Shown one piece after another: positions 19,501-27,933 of a stretch of 64,000 bases of DNA. Each line of letters opens with the position of its first letter. Positions within the stretch are counted from its first letter, which is position 1. The position numbers and the translations under genes were made by a program. The notes below the pieces were generated by a model, which was given only the letters and a program-made list of their open reading frames with translations, was not told the origin of the DNA and did no database searches. The stretch lies in IMG/VR virus record IMGVR_UViG_3300021335_000008; one strand, written 5' to 3'. This stretch comes from an uncultured virus (IMG/VR IMGVR_UViG_3300021335_000008). Lineage: Duplodnaviria; Heunggongvirae; Uroviricota; Caudoviricetes; Demerecviridae.

Positions 19501-22500
19501 CAAGGAGTTGTCGATGAAAATCCTACAAGCTTTACGGCGCCCGACGGAAATACTTACTACTCAGTAACTTTTAGAGACGTTATAGGAAAACTTATTTACA
19601 AGTGGAGTGACGCAAGAACTTTTTATCCAGGAGAAGTACTTTATCACGAAGGAACTGCTTTTACAACTACTTTAACTTCGCCTTCTACAATTAATAGTTC
19701 TCAACGAGATAATCTTATTACAAGCAATGCTTTAAATGATACTACTAATAGATTCACTCTAAGAGATGTTAGTAATAGTGCAGATATGCATATATTTGTA
19801 GACTCATCAGATAATTTTGGTAGTTCTTCTGGAAATCCTGTAATTCGTAAAAATAGCGGTTCGGGAATGACTGCAGTAGGTTACTCTTTGTACGATTCAG
19901 ATGACTGTAAATATTGGGTATATCTTGGGTGGGATGAGCCTGAACAAAGATATGTAACCAGACATCAAACTAATTTTACTGTCGATACTTCTCAATCTGT
20001 GTTCAACAATATTAATGGCATGTTAAGTACGTTTAACGGAATGCTTCGGTACTCAAATGGTAAGTACGTTCTTGCTTTGAAAACGGCTGCTCCAGAAGCT
20101 ACTCATTTTACTTCAACTTTTCCTGCAAAAGACATAGCAGAAGATGAAATAATCGGACAAGTAAAAGTTAGTGATTCTGGATCAAAGAAAACTTTTAACT
20201 CAATAAATGCTACTATTATAGACCCTGCGAACAAGTTTGGGGGTCGCGGTATTACGTTTATGAACTCAGAATACTTAAAGCAAGATAGAGGGATTAAAAA
20301 GCAAGGAAATTATAATATACCGGGCATAACAAACTATTTTAATGCTCGAATGAATATTAAACAAGTTCTTGATGAATCTCGTTATGGTTTAACAATTAAT
20401 TTTACCCTTGATCAAAAAGGCTATTTATTGCTTGCAGGGGATATAATTAGGTTAAGTTATTCTCGTTTTGGATGGGAAAATAAGTTTTTTAGAATAAATT
20501 CTCTAAACTTTCAGGCAAACGGATTAGTTCAAGTAGTAGCTGAAGAGCATAATGATACTGCTTTTATTATAGATCACTTAGAGACAGGAAGAACGGGAGG
20601 AACTTTAGAAGGCGGAAACCAAGGGTCTATTCCTACTTCAAAACCCACTATTCCTACTTCTGTAGCTTCTCCACTTACTGCAACTACTACAGATAGATCT
20701 GGATATATTGAATTAAAATGGGTAAATGGAAGGAATTTTAATAATCAAGCTCATAGAACTCAAATAGGGAGAGCAAGTACAAACCCTAGTAGTCAGTTAG
20801 GTATTAGCGCTTCGGTGGAAATAATTGCCGAAGTACAAACTGATAATTATATAGATAATACAGATAGAGAAGTTTCAAATACTAATGGAGTTGCAGATTC
20901 TACTTCTTACTATTACTGGGTTAGGCATATTTACAATACTACCGGAGGAGAAAGACTTAATCAAAAAACTGCTTGGCTTCCTCTAGGGCTAGGTACAGCT
21001 TTACCTATTACTCAAACAGAGTTAGATAATGGAGTAACTTTAAATGATGGGGGTATTAATTTCGATAATAGTCCCACTGGACAGCCGCATATTCGTGCAG
21101 GTATTACAGCAATAAATAGTGGAGATCCAGGATTTTTCTTAGGCTACGATGGTGGAGCTTATAAATTTCAGGTAGGAGATCCCAGCGGAAATAATCTTAA
21201 ATTCGATGGAACAAATTTACAGCTAACAGGTTCCGAATTTAAAGTTACTAGCTCTGGTAGTACAGCACCCTCAATTAATGGTACTACCATAGCAGGAAAA
21301 GGAAGTTTACTAAAAGCAGATGGTGATGTTCTATTCGGAGACGCCGCAGGGCACCATATTTTTTTCGACCAATCAGAAGGTACTATAACACTAGGCGGTA
21401 ACGTAATTACTGAAAATATAGCTGCAGGAACGATAACTACAGATAAACTTGCAGCAAACTCTATCACTGCTGACAAAATTCAAGCAAATGCAATTAGTGC
21501 TCGTGAAATTGATGCAGACTCAATTAATGCAAATCACATTGTAGCAGGAGAAATTACTGCGGATGCTATTGCAGCAAATGCAATTACGGCAGATAAAGTT
21601 ACTGCAAACTCAGTTGTTGCTACATTATTAACAGCAAGTGCGGTAACAGCAACTGAAATCAGCGCAACAAACCTTTCCTCAATTAGTGCAAATATTGGAG
21701 ATATCACTGCAGGTACTCTGAAAGGCGGAAACATTCCTGATGCAAACTCTGCTCCTGCAGGAAGTGAGAGCGGGGCATTTTTAAATCTTACTGGTGGTAA
21801 GATGGTGTTTGGAAACGCAAGTAAGTATGTGCTGTTTGATGGAACAAATCTTGAGTTAAACGGTGTAGTTATTGATGCTAGCTCTACTGTAAATGCTACT
21901 GCAACTCCTGAGCTTATTGTAAAAGAAGACGGCACTGCAGAAATTACTGACGCTGCATCTTTAAACTTTACAAGCGGACTAAATGTTGCGGTGTCTGGTA
22001 CAGAAGCCACAATTAGCTTAGATACTCCTACAGATAATAACTTTACAAGTGCTCTTTTATCAAAGCTAAACGGCATTGAAAGTGGCGCTACTGCAGATCA
22101 AACAGCCGCAGAAATACGAGTTCTTGTAGGCTCTGCTACAGACTCAAACGTATTTACAGACACTCTTTTATCAAAACTGAACGGTATTGCAAATAATGCA
22201 AATAACTACTCACTTCCTACTGCTTCTCCCACTGTTCTTGGCGGTATAAAAATAGGCAATAGAGTAAGTATAGCAAGTGGAGTTCTTTCTGCAGACATTC
22301 AATCAGATAATAACTTTACCACAACTTTGAAAAATAAACTAGATGGTATTGAAAGTGGTGCGACAGGAGATCAAACTGCAGCAGAAATACGTTCTCTCGT
22401 AGAAAGTGCAACAGACTCAAATGTATTTACAGATGCAGACCATACAAAGCTAAATAATATAGAAGCAGGAGCAACTGGAGATCAAACAGCTTCTGAGATT

Positions 22501-25176
22501 CGCGCACTTGTGGCTTCAGCATCGGACTCAAATGTATTTACTGACGCAGACCATAGTAAGCTAGATGGAATTGAAAGCGGTGCTACAGCAGACCAGACCG
22601 CTGCAGAAATACGAACTCTTGTAGAAAGCGCTTCAGACTCAAATGTATTTACTGATGCAGACCATACTAAACTTAACGGAATTGCCGCAGGCGCAAATGC
22701 GTATGTGCTTCCAACAAATAATGTTACAAATGCCTCTGTAAGTGGCAGCACTCTTACTCTTACTCGAGAGGGAGCAAGCAATGTAACATTTACTGATACA
22801 AATACTCAGTACAGCGCAGGTTCGGGTTTAGGACTGTCAGGTACTACGTTTAGTGTAGATAGCACTGTTGTTCGTACAACGGGAACTCAAACTATTGGCG
22901 GCGCAAAAACGTTTACAGGCGATGTAACATTTAACGGAACAACTACTTATATTAATACTACAACTTTAAATGTTGGCGATAATATTATTACTTTAAATGC
23001 TGATTTTACTGGGAGTAGCCCTACTGAAAGTGCAGGAATAGAAGTAGAGCGAGGAACGCAAACAAATAAAACATTTATTTGGAAAGAAAGTAGCGACCGT
23101 TGGTCATTTGGTAGTGAATCTGTAGAAGCAGGAACGTTTTTTGGCAGTTTTATTGGTAGTGTAACAGGTTCTCCTTCTTCTCTTGCTGGATTAAGTACTG
23201 ATGACCTTGCAGAAGGCTCTACAAATCTTTACTTTACAAATACTCGTGCTCGAGGAGCTTTATCGGGCGGCACAGGTATTAGTTATAATAATACTACTGG
23301 TGCAATTGTAAACTCTGCTCCAGACCAAACCGTATCTCTTACAGGAAGTGGCGCTACTTCTGTATCTGGTACTTATCCAAACTTTACTATTTCTTCTACA
23401 GATACGAATACTGTTCCAAACAACGCAACAATTACGATTAGTGCAGGAACAGAGCTAAGTACAGGAGGAGCGTTTACTACAGATCAAAGTTTTAACGAAA
23501 CAATTACAATTAATCACGCAAATGTTTCAAGAACTAATAATACATCTGCCTCTTCTCCGGGCTATGGAGGCACCTTTACAGCAATTGATAGTATTACTAC
23601 AAATGCGCGAGGTCACGTTACTGCTGTAAATACAAAAACAGTAACTATTCCTGCGTCTGATAATACTGATACGAATACTGTTACACAAATTCGAGAAGAC
23701 TCTGGTACGTATCGCACAGGAAATATTACTCTTCAGTCTGGTTCAAATGTAACTATTTCTGAACCGTCGGCGGGTGTATTTAACTTTGCGGCTACAGACA
23801 CAAATACTACAAACTTTAACATTCAAGCAAGTGGTGGTACTTCTACAAATATTAGTGCAGGCGAAACTATAAACTTTACCGGAGGCGGAGCAACAAGTGT
23901 AAGTCGAAGCGGTAATACAATTACCTTTACTTCTACAGATACAAATACAGATACAAATAATTATGTGTCTTCAGTTTCTTTTAGTACAAGCAATGGAGTT
24001 TTAACACTAAATCGCGCAGGACTAGGAGCTCTTACTGTAGATTTAGATGGAAGATACTCAACTACAGACACAAACTATTTCTTAAACGGAATTAGCAAAA
24101 GCGGAAATACTCTTACATTTAGTGTAAGCGGAGCAACTAATCAAAGCTATACGTTTGGCTCCAACGCGTTTACAAGTACTACCATTCCTACAAATAATAA
24201 TCAGCTTACTAACGGAGCGGGGTATACTACAAATACTGGTACAGTAACAAGTGTAGCTGTAAGTGCCGGGACTGGTTTAAGTGGCGGAGGAACAGTTACA
24301 ACTTCGGGAACCATTTCATTAGCAGTTGATCTAAGTGAACTAACAGATATGACTGCCGCTGTCGATACTTCAGTAGACGAGTTAATTCTGTTAGATAACG
24401 GAGCAGAGCGAAGAAAAAGATTTGCAGAAATTTTTGGAAGCAATGCTTATAACTCTACTACAATTCCAACAAACAATAATCAGCTTACTAACGGAGCGGG
24501 GTATACTACAAATACTGGTACAGTAACTTCTGTATCAGGAGGCACAGGATTATCTGGAACAGTAACTACTTCGGGGTCTCTCAACTTAACAAATACGGGA
24601 GTATCTGCAGCAACTTACGGTAGTAGTACAAATATTCCTCAAATAGCAGTAGATGCACAAGGACGTATTACAAGTGCAAGTAATGTAGCAGTATCAATAC
24701 CATCAGGAGCAAATAACGCAACAATTACACTTTCTGCAGGAAACGGTCTTACAGGCGGAGAATCTTTTACTACTGACCAAGCTTCAAATGAAACAATTAC
24801 ATTTAATGTTGGAGCAGGTGATGGTATCTCTGTAGCAGCAAACTCAGTTGCAGTTGACTCCACAGTACTTCGGGCAGGTACAGGTACTCTTATAAATGAT
24901 ATTATTAATGCAAATGTAATTACTGCCGATATGATTCAAGCAAACTCAATTGTTGCTACAATTATTACTGCAGAAGAAATTACTGCCTCACATATTGCTA
25001 CAAATACTATAACAGCAAATGAAATTGCGGCAGGCGCAATTACAGCATCCGAGCTTCAAATTTCAAATAATAGTGGAGGAAGCGCAGGTATATTTATGGA
25101 CTACAATAGTGGAAACTCAAGAATTGACATACGAGACTCAAGCGCTCTGCGAGTGAGGATTGGATATCTCGCGTAA
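16534..25176 (+). CDS. Giant baseplate hub / tail-tip protein fused to central fibre (pb3+pb4-like), 2880 aa
   Basis: IPVVYG, NPAIQLLDYLTNKRYGKGL hub motif, FN3-like segment (YYYWVRH), ITADKI repeats, 37-aa repeats, TDTNT fibre repeats, C-terminal LRVRIG. Confidence 0.85.
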   Translation: MSYRDLNSTLQTSLINNDVHRYLHLIKFEKPSTKTELDYKEGSKVSQKANTYAYMSDGAFEVDFNDGSIDVDGNANGTQTYLPNKVLSVGTVNETIEAKASTMNLSLAASALSAAVSTSFTFTSSTITALVDLEQSGFSVGDTIEFSASGQSNDGVYVRIDGFSNDNKTISYTVIDGNVTNQNSTVYTASYASSEVDSLTLSKTSTNYSNYLNREVFIYRAHLNPTTGSIIGSPFLIFKGIITNANLQDDPTKGSKINWSLTSHWGDFVQVVGRITSDHAHRGLDTSGVSQEDAVFRPEYAGDFGFRHAEQAVNVAATYQVPETRFKQKRRGGIAGLFGGKRLVEYTVMVDRDVDLEFNLSAKYIPVVYGVQKVSGIPIFADGDSGDPQKVYIAQAISEGPIHGILDLHIDNNPVICINGPDNLDRSSGDAQVQCVGRADRGDVLAGGSSVNAAGSFHEQVAQLAQELLDSRDADDYNEALMIAYQMLAYSEVDETATGGAGITDRKKFNLDSPLSTEIQFHAGTPTQEANSFFVAKGLAGGFKLQSILYRDKPREYYWSPEHRLLDTAYSTMQFTIADGEFTIPDYEFIVKGRILECFNYDYSYSGSGTASNFKLGENVTLHKTTDDSQLGSTTVQIIDKWSFYGPTGTLKYRFRFDKNYQLQSVRGDSNGDVKNFYMKDASNNKFFFSAYDAVIEDINEDPIENNSFQSQTSITSLSHPNVDFGAFTRTIWVVEEPAPGEYEAEQIEVTDYRLENLPTGLAEFNLGEVLAFELTDSEGQTEIVQMAYDSYSSGQITFPEVHANSTNSTLALRNKFNRATSWKLFSADTVKLDTNSSAVDDTYNGQKLIIREKTSSGSVRQTTTRVINDYVGSTKLAKLSQALTINPDSSSVFDYTIEGDINIDESDMFAAFEDKRVSINPAIQLLDYLTNKRYGKGLDLENDIDLESFLTTARACDERSKITIITSTNPGSIQGNTYRYPATGDLLFQGVVDENPTSFTAPDGNTYYSVTFRDVIGKLIYKWSDARTFYPGEVLYHEGTAFTTTLTSPSTINSSQRDNLITSNALNDTTNRFTLRDVSNSADMHIFVDSSDNFGSSSGNPVIRKNSGSGMTAVGYSLYDSDDCKYWVYLGWDEPEQRYVTRHQTNFTVDTSQSVFNNINGMLSTFNGMLRYSNGKYVLALKTAAPEATHFTSTFPAKDIAEDEIIGQVKVSDSGSKKTFNSINATIIDPANKFGGRGITFMNSEYLKQDRGIKKQGNYNIPGITNYFNARMNIKQVLDESRYGLTINFTLDQKGYLLLAGDIIRLSYSRFGWENKFFRINSLNFQANGLVQVVAEEHNDTAFIIDHLETGRTGGTLEGGNQGSIPTSKPTIPTSVASPLTATTTDRSGYIELKWVNGRNFNNQAHRTQIGRASTNPSSQLGISASVEIIAEVQTDNYIDNTDREVSNTNGVADSTSYYYWVRHIYNTTGGERLNQKTAWLPLGLGTALPITQTELDNGVTLNDGGINFDNSPTGQPHIRAGITAINSGDPGFFLGYDGGAYKFQVGDPSGNNLKFDGTNLQLTGSEFKVTSSGSTAPSINGTTIAGKGSLLKADGDVLFGDAAGHHIFFDQSEGTITLGGNVITENIAAGTITTDKLAANSITADKIQANAISAREIDADSINANHIVAGEITADAIAANAITADKVTANSVVATLLTASAVTATEISATNLSSISANIGDITAGTLKGGNIPDANSAPAGSESGAFLNLTGGKMVFGNASKYVLFDGTNLELNGVVIDASSTVNATATPELIVKEDGTAEITDAASLNFTSGLNVAVSGTEATISLDTPTDNNFTSALLSKLNGIESGATADQTAAEIRVLVGSATDSNVFTDTLLSKLNGIANNANNYSLPTASPTVLGGIKIGNRVSIASGVLSADIQSDNNFTTTLKNKLDGIESGATGDQTAAEIRSLVESATDSNVFTDADHTKLNNIEAGATGDQTASEIRALVASASDSNVFTDADHSKLDGIESGATADQTAAEIRTLVESASDSNVFTDADHTKLNGIAAGANAYVLPTNNVTNASVSGSTLTLTREGASNVTFTDTNTQYSAGSGLGLSGTTFSVDSTVVRTTGTQTIGGAKTFTGDVTFNGTTTYINTTTLNVGDNIITLNADFTGSSPTESAGIEVERGTQTNKTFIWKESSDRWSFGSESVEAGTFFGSFIGSVTGSPSSLAGLSTDDLAEGSTNLYFTNTRARGALSGGTGISYNNTTGAIVNSAPDQTVSLTGSGATSVSGTYPNFTISSTDTNTVPNNATITISAGTELSTGGAFTTDQSFNETITINHANVSRTNNTSASSPGYGGTFTAIDSITTNARGHVTAVNTKTVTIPASDNTDTNTVTQIREDSGTYRTGNITLQSGSNVTISEPSAGVFNFAATDTNTTNFNIQASGGTSTNISAGETINFTGGGATSVSRSGNTITFTSTDTNTDTNNYVSSVSFSTSNGVLTLNRAGLGALTVDLDGRYSTTDTNYFLNGISKSGNTLTFSVSGATNQSYTFGSNAFTSTTIPTNNNQLTNGAGYTTNTGTVTSVAVSAGTGLSGGGTVTTSGTISLAVDLSELTDMTAAVDTSVDELILLDNGAERRKRFAEIFGSNAYNSTTIPTNNNQLTNGAGYTTNTGTVTSVSGGTGLSGTVTTSGSLNLTNTGVSAATYGSSTNIPQIAVDAQGRITSASNVAVSIPSGANNATITLSAGNGLTGGESFTTDQASNETITFNVGAGDGISVAANSVAVDSTVLRAGTGTLINDIINANVITADMIQANSIVATIITAEEITASHIATNTITANEIAAGAITASELQISNNSGGSAGIFMDYNSGNSRIDIRDSSALRVRIGYLA
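22040..22690 (+). repeat. 111-bp (37-aa) tandem coding repeat DSNVFTDADHxKLxGIExGATxDQTAxEIRxLVxSA
   Basis: GACTCAAATGTATTTAC at 22414, 22525 and 22636 (111-bp period) plus a variant at 22141. Confidence 0.9.
24196..24527 (+). repeat. Exact 53-bp direct repeat (24196-24248 and 24475-24527), 279 bp apart, in frame
   Basis: AATAATCAGCTTACTAACGGAGCGGGGTATACTACAAATACTGGTACAGTAAC occurs twice. Confidence 0.9.
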
Positions 25177-25182
25177 CACCTC

Positions 25183-25224
25183 CAAAAAATAACCCTTGAC
25201 ATAAAATGTCCCTTGAGCTATAAT
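25183..25224 (+). promoter_or_regulatory. Sigma70-type promoter for the side-fibre operon
   Basis: TTGACA 25196-25201, 17 bp, TATAAT 25219-25224; AGGAG RBS follows. Confidence 0.9.
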
Positions 25225-25245
25225 TGCATCATAGGAGAAAAATAA

Positions 25246-25584
25246 ATGGCCGCAGCAAACTATGACCTGACAATTGACCAAGGATCGACTTTCGTGATTG
25301 ACATCACAGTAAAAGAGTCTGGATCCGTCAAAGACCTTACTGGGTACTCTGCCAGGTCACAGATGCGCTCGACAAAGACTACAACAGATGTAGCGGCCTC
25401 GTTTACTTGCACTATTCCAATTCCTACAAATGGTATTGTAAAAATGGAGTTACCTGCAGCAACATCGAGCGCGATGTCTGCGGGTCTTTTCTTTTATGAT
25501 TTAGAAATTCACACTGCAGGAGATGCGATTGTAAAGCGCCTTATTGAAGGAAAGGTAACTCTTAATCAAGAAGTAACGAGATAA
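25246..25584 (+). CDS. Fibre collar / BppU-like baseplate anchor (T5 p132-like)
   Basis: LTIDQGSTF, DLTGYSARSQMR, YDLEI...RLIEGKV motifs; position. Confidence 0.75.
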   Translation: MAAANYDLTIDQGSTFVIDITVKESGSVKDLTGYSARSQMRSTKTTTDVAASFTCTIPIPTNGIVKMELPAATSSAMSAGLFFYDLEIHTAGDAIVKRLIEGKVTLNQEVTR

Positions 25585-25587
25585 GAA

Positions 25588-25995
25588 ATGCCAGACACTA
25601 CTACTATACAAATTACAGAAGAAGTAACAGAGCTTTCTGTAACCAATGATAACGGTATTTCTGTTACTCTTATAGACGACCCCACAGTTCTTACTGTGAA
25701 TAACTTTGCAATTCCTGTACAATTTATGGATTCTGCAAATGTGTCTTTTGACGGACACGGAACAATTACTGCAGACAATGTAAGAGATGCATTGCAACAA
25801 CTTGCAGACCAAGATTTTCGCACTGCTGAAGCACCGACTGGCTCAAACATAGAAGAAGGAGACACTTGGTACGATACAGACGATAACCAACTAAAAGTAT
25901 ACCGCGAAACTAGTTCAGGAGTATTTGAGTGGGTTCCTATAATGGTAGGAAATATCTCGGACGATTCAGACACGCTAGACGCAGGAGCCTTTTAA
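25588..25995 (+). CDS. Small fibre adaptor protein
   Basis: ADNVRDALQQL, APTG..EEGDTWYDT motif, C-terminal LDAGAF. Confidence 0.6.
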   Translation: MPDTTTIQITEEVTELSVTNDNGISVTLIDDPTVLTVNNFAIPVQFMDSANVSFDGHGTITADNVRDALQQLADQDFRTAEAPTGSNIEEGDTWYDTDDNQLKVYRETSSGVFEWVPIMVGNISDDSDTLDAGAF

Positions 25996-26014
25996 AGGCA
26001 ACCGGAGTTTTTAA

Positions 26015-27889
26015 ATGGCTCAGACTATTAAAATCAAACGCAGTACAACCACTGCAACCCCCAGTACTCTATCAGCAGGTGAATTAGCATATTCGGATAA
26101 CAGTGATAAGCTGTTTATCGGTGCTCCCGCAGATAGCGCCGTAATCGCGATTGGTGGTAAAGTATATGTAGATATGCTCGACCACACCGCTGGCACTCTT
26201 ACCGCAAACAGCGCAGTAGTAGTAGACGCTAATAAGAAGATTAATGAGTTTCTTGTAGATAACATTACTCTTGATGGTAATTCAATTACTACTTCTACTG
26301 GAAATCTTCAGCTTAATCCTGCAGCAATTTTAGATATTGACGCAGGTACGATTGATCTTTCTACTCAAGCAACTGAGTTTAATCTAATTGATAACTCTGC
26401 AACTGCAGGTACTTTTGCTACTGCTGACCACACTTATCTTACTTTCGACACTACAAACTCAGCAGAACTTGTTAAGTTTGGTCGTCAAGTAGAGTTTTCT
26501 GGTGCGTACACACTTCCTACTACGGATGGTACAAGTGGCCAAGCCCTTGTTACTAATGGTAGTGGTGTTGTTACATTCCAAGATGTTGCTGCAACTCTTA
26601 CTATTGATGCAACAGACGACTCTTCTACTGCTGATGTTGCTCTTCTTACTGATGACTTACAGTTTACAGGAGGAGAAGGGGTTGATATTTCCGTTGCAAA
26701 GAGTGGAACAGATGTTACTTTAACTATTGCGGCAGAAGACTCTAGTGCCTCTAATAAGGGTGTAGTAATTGTATCAGCAGGCGAAGGTATTGATGTAAAT
26801 TATTCTTCAGGTACTGCTACAGTTAGCGGAGAAGATGCTACAGCTTCAAATAAAGGTATTGCTTCATTTGGAGGCTCATACTTTACAGTAACGTCGGGTG
26901 ATGTTGCTATCGACGATGCAACTACGAGTGCAAAAGGTATTGCTTCATTCTCGAATGATAATTTTGCAGTATCTTCAGGCGTTGTCACAATCAAAGACGG
27001 CGGAGTTGCAAACGCAGAACTTGTAAATGATTCTATTACAATTGGTACAGACGCTGTAGCACTCGGTACAAGCATTACAGACCTCAACGGTCTTACTTCT
27101 GTAGATGTTGATAATCTTACTCTGAACGGAAATGAAATTTCTTCTACAAATACAAATGGAAATATTTCTCTTAATCCGAATGGTTCAGGCGTAATTGATG
27201 TAAATAACTCTCGTATTTCAAATGTTACAGACCCAACTCAAGCACAAGATGCGGCCACAAAAGCATACGTTGATGCTGTAAAGCAAGCTCTTGATATTAA
27301 AGACTCTGTACGAGTCGCAACAACTGCAAATATTACAATTTCTACTGCACTCAACGTAAACGATACAATTGACGGTGTTACTCTTGCAGATGGCGACCGA
27401 GTACTTGTTAAAGATCAATCAGACGCTAGTGAAAACGGTATTTATGTAGCAGGTTCGTCGCCTGTTCGTTCTGCTGATGCAAATACTTCTGCAGAAGTAA
27501 CTTCCGGAATGTTCTGCTTTGTTGAAGAAGGTACTGTAAACGGCGACAACGGTTTTGTACTTACAACAAACGACCCAATTACTCTCGACACTACAAACCT
27601 TACTTTTGCTCAGTTCTCAGGGGCCGGTCAAATTATTGCAGGCGATGCTCTTAGCAAGTCAGGTAATACTCTTAATGTAAATGATGATAATATTACTCTT
27701 GAAGTAAGTTCAGATAACTTACGAATCAAGGGAATCACAGCAACCGCTATCGGTGACCTGTTAATCGGTGCAGCCACAAATGGCGGTTACAGCCGACTCG
27801 TAAAGCCTGCATCAAATAATGCGCTTCTTACAATGGGCACCGCAGGAACAGCTTCCTGGACTACTACACTCGACGGCGGCACATTCTAA
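26015..27889 (+). CDS. Tail fibre shaft protein, 624 aa
   Basis: N-terminal IKIKRS...LSAGELA, ATxSxKGIASF repeats, ATKAYVD...SVRVATT...GDRVLVKDQ..ENGIY module, C-terminal LDGGTF. Confidence 0.8.
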   Translation: MAQTIKIKRSTTTATPSTLSAGELAYSDNSDKLFIGAPADSAVIAIGGKVYVDMLDHTAGTLTANSAVVVDANKKINEFLVDNITLDGNSITTSTGNLQLNPAAILDIDAGTIDLSTQATEFNLIDNSATAGTFATADHTYLTFDTTNSAELVKFGRQVEFSGAYTLPTTDGTSGQALVTNGSGVVTFQDVAATLTIDATDDSSTADVALLTDDLQFTGGEGVDISVAKSGTDVTLTIAAEDSSASNKGVVIVSAGEGIDVNYSSGTATVSGEDATASNKGIASFGGSYFTVTSGDVAIDDATTSAKGIASFSNDNFAVSSGVVTIKDGGVANAELVNDSITIGTDAVALGTSITDLNGLTSVDVDNLTLNGNEISSTNTNGNISLNPNGSGVIDVNNSRISNVTDPTQAQDAATKAYVDAVKQALDIKDSVRVATTANITISTALNVNDTIDGVTLADGDRVLVKDQSDASENGIYVAGSSPVRSADANTSAEVTSGMFCFVEEGTVNGDNGFVLTTNDPITLDTTNLTFAQFSGAGQIIAGDALSKSGNTLNVNDDNITLEVSSDNLRIKGITATAIGDLLIGAATNGGYSRLVKPASNNALLTMGTAGTASWTTTLDGGTF

Positions 27890-27933
27890 AAATACACCTC
27901 TCGCGTAAATACGCATAGTACTGGAGGAGCCAC

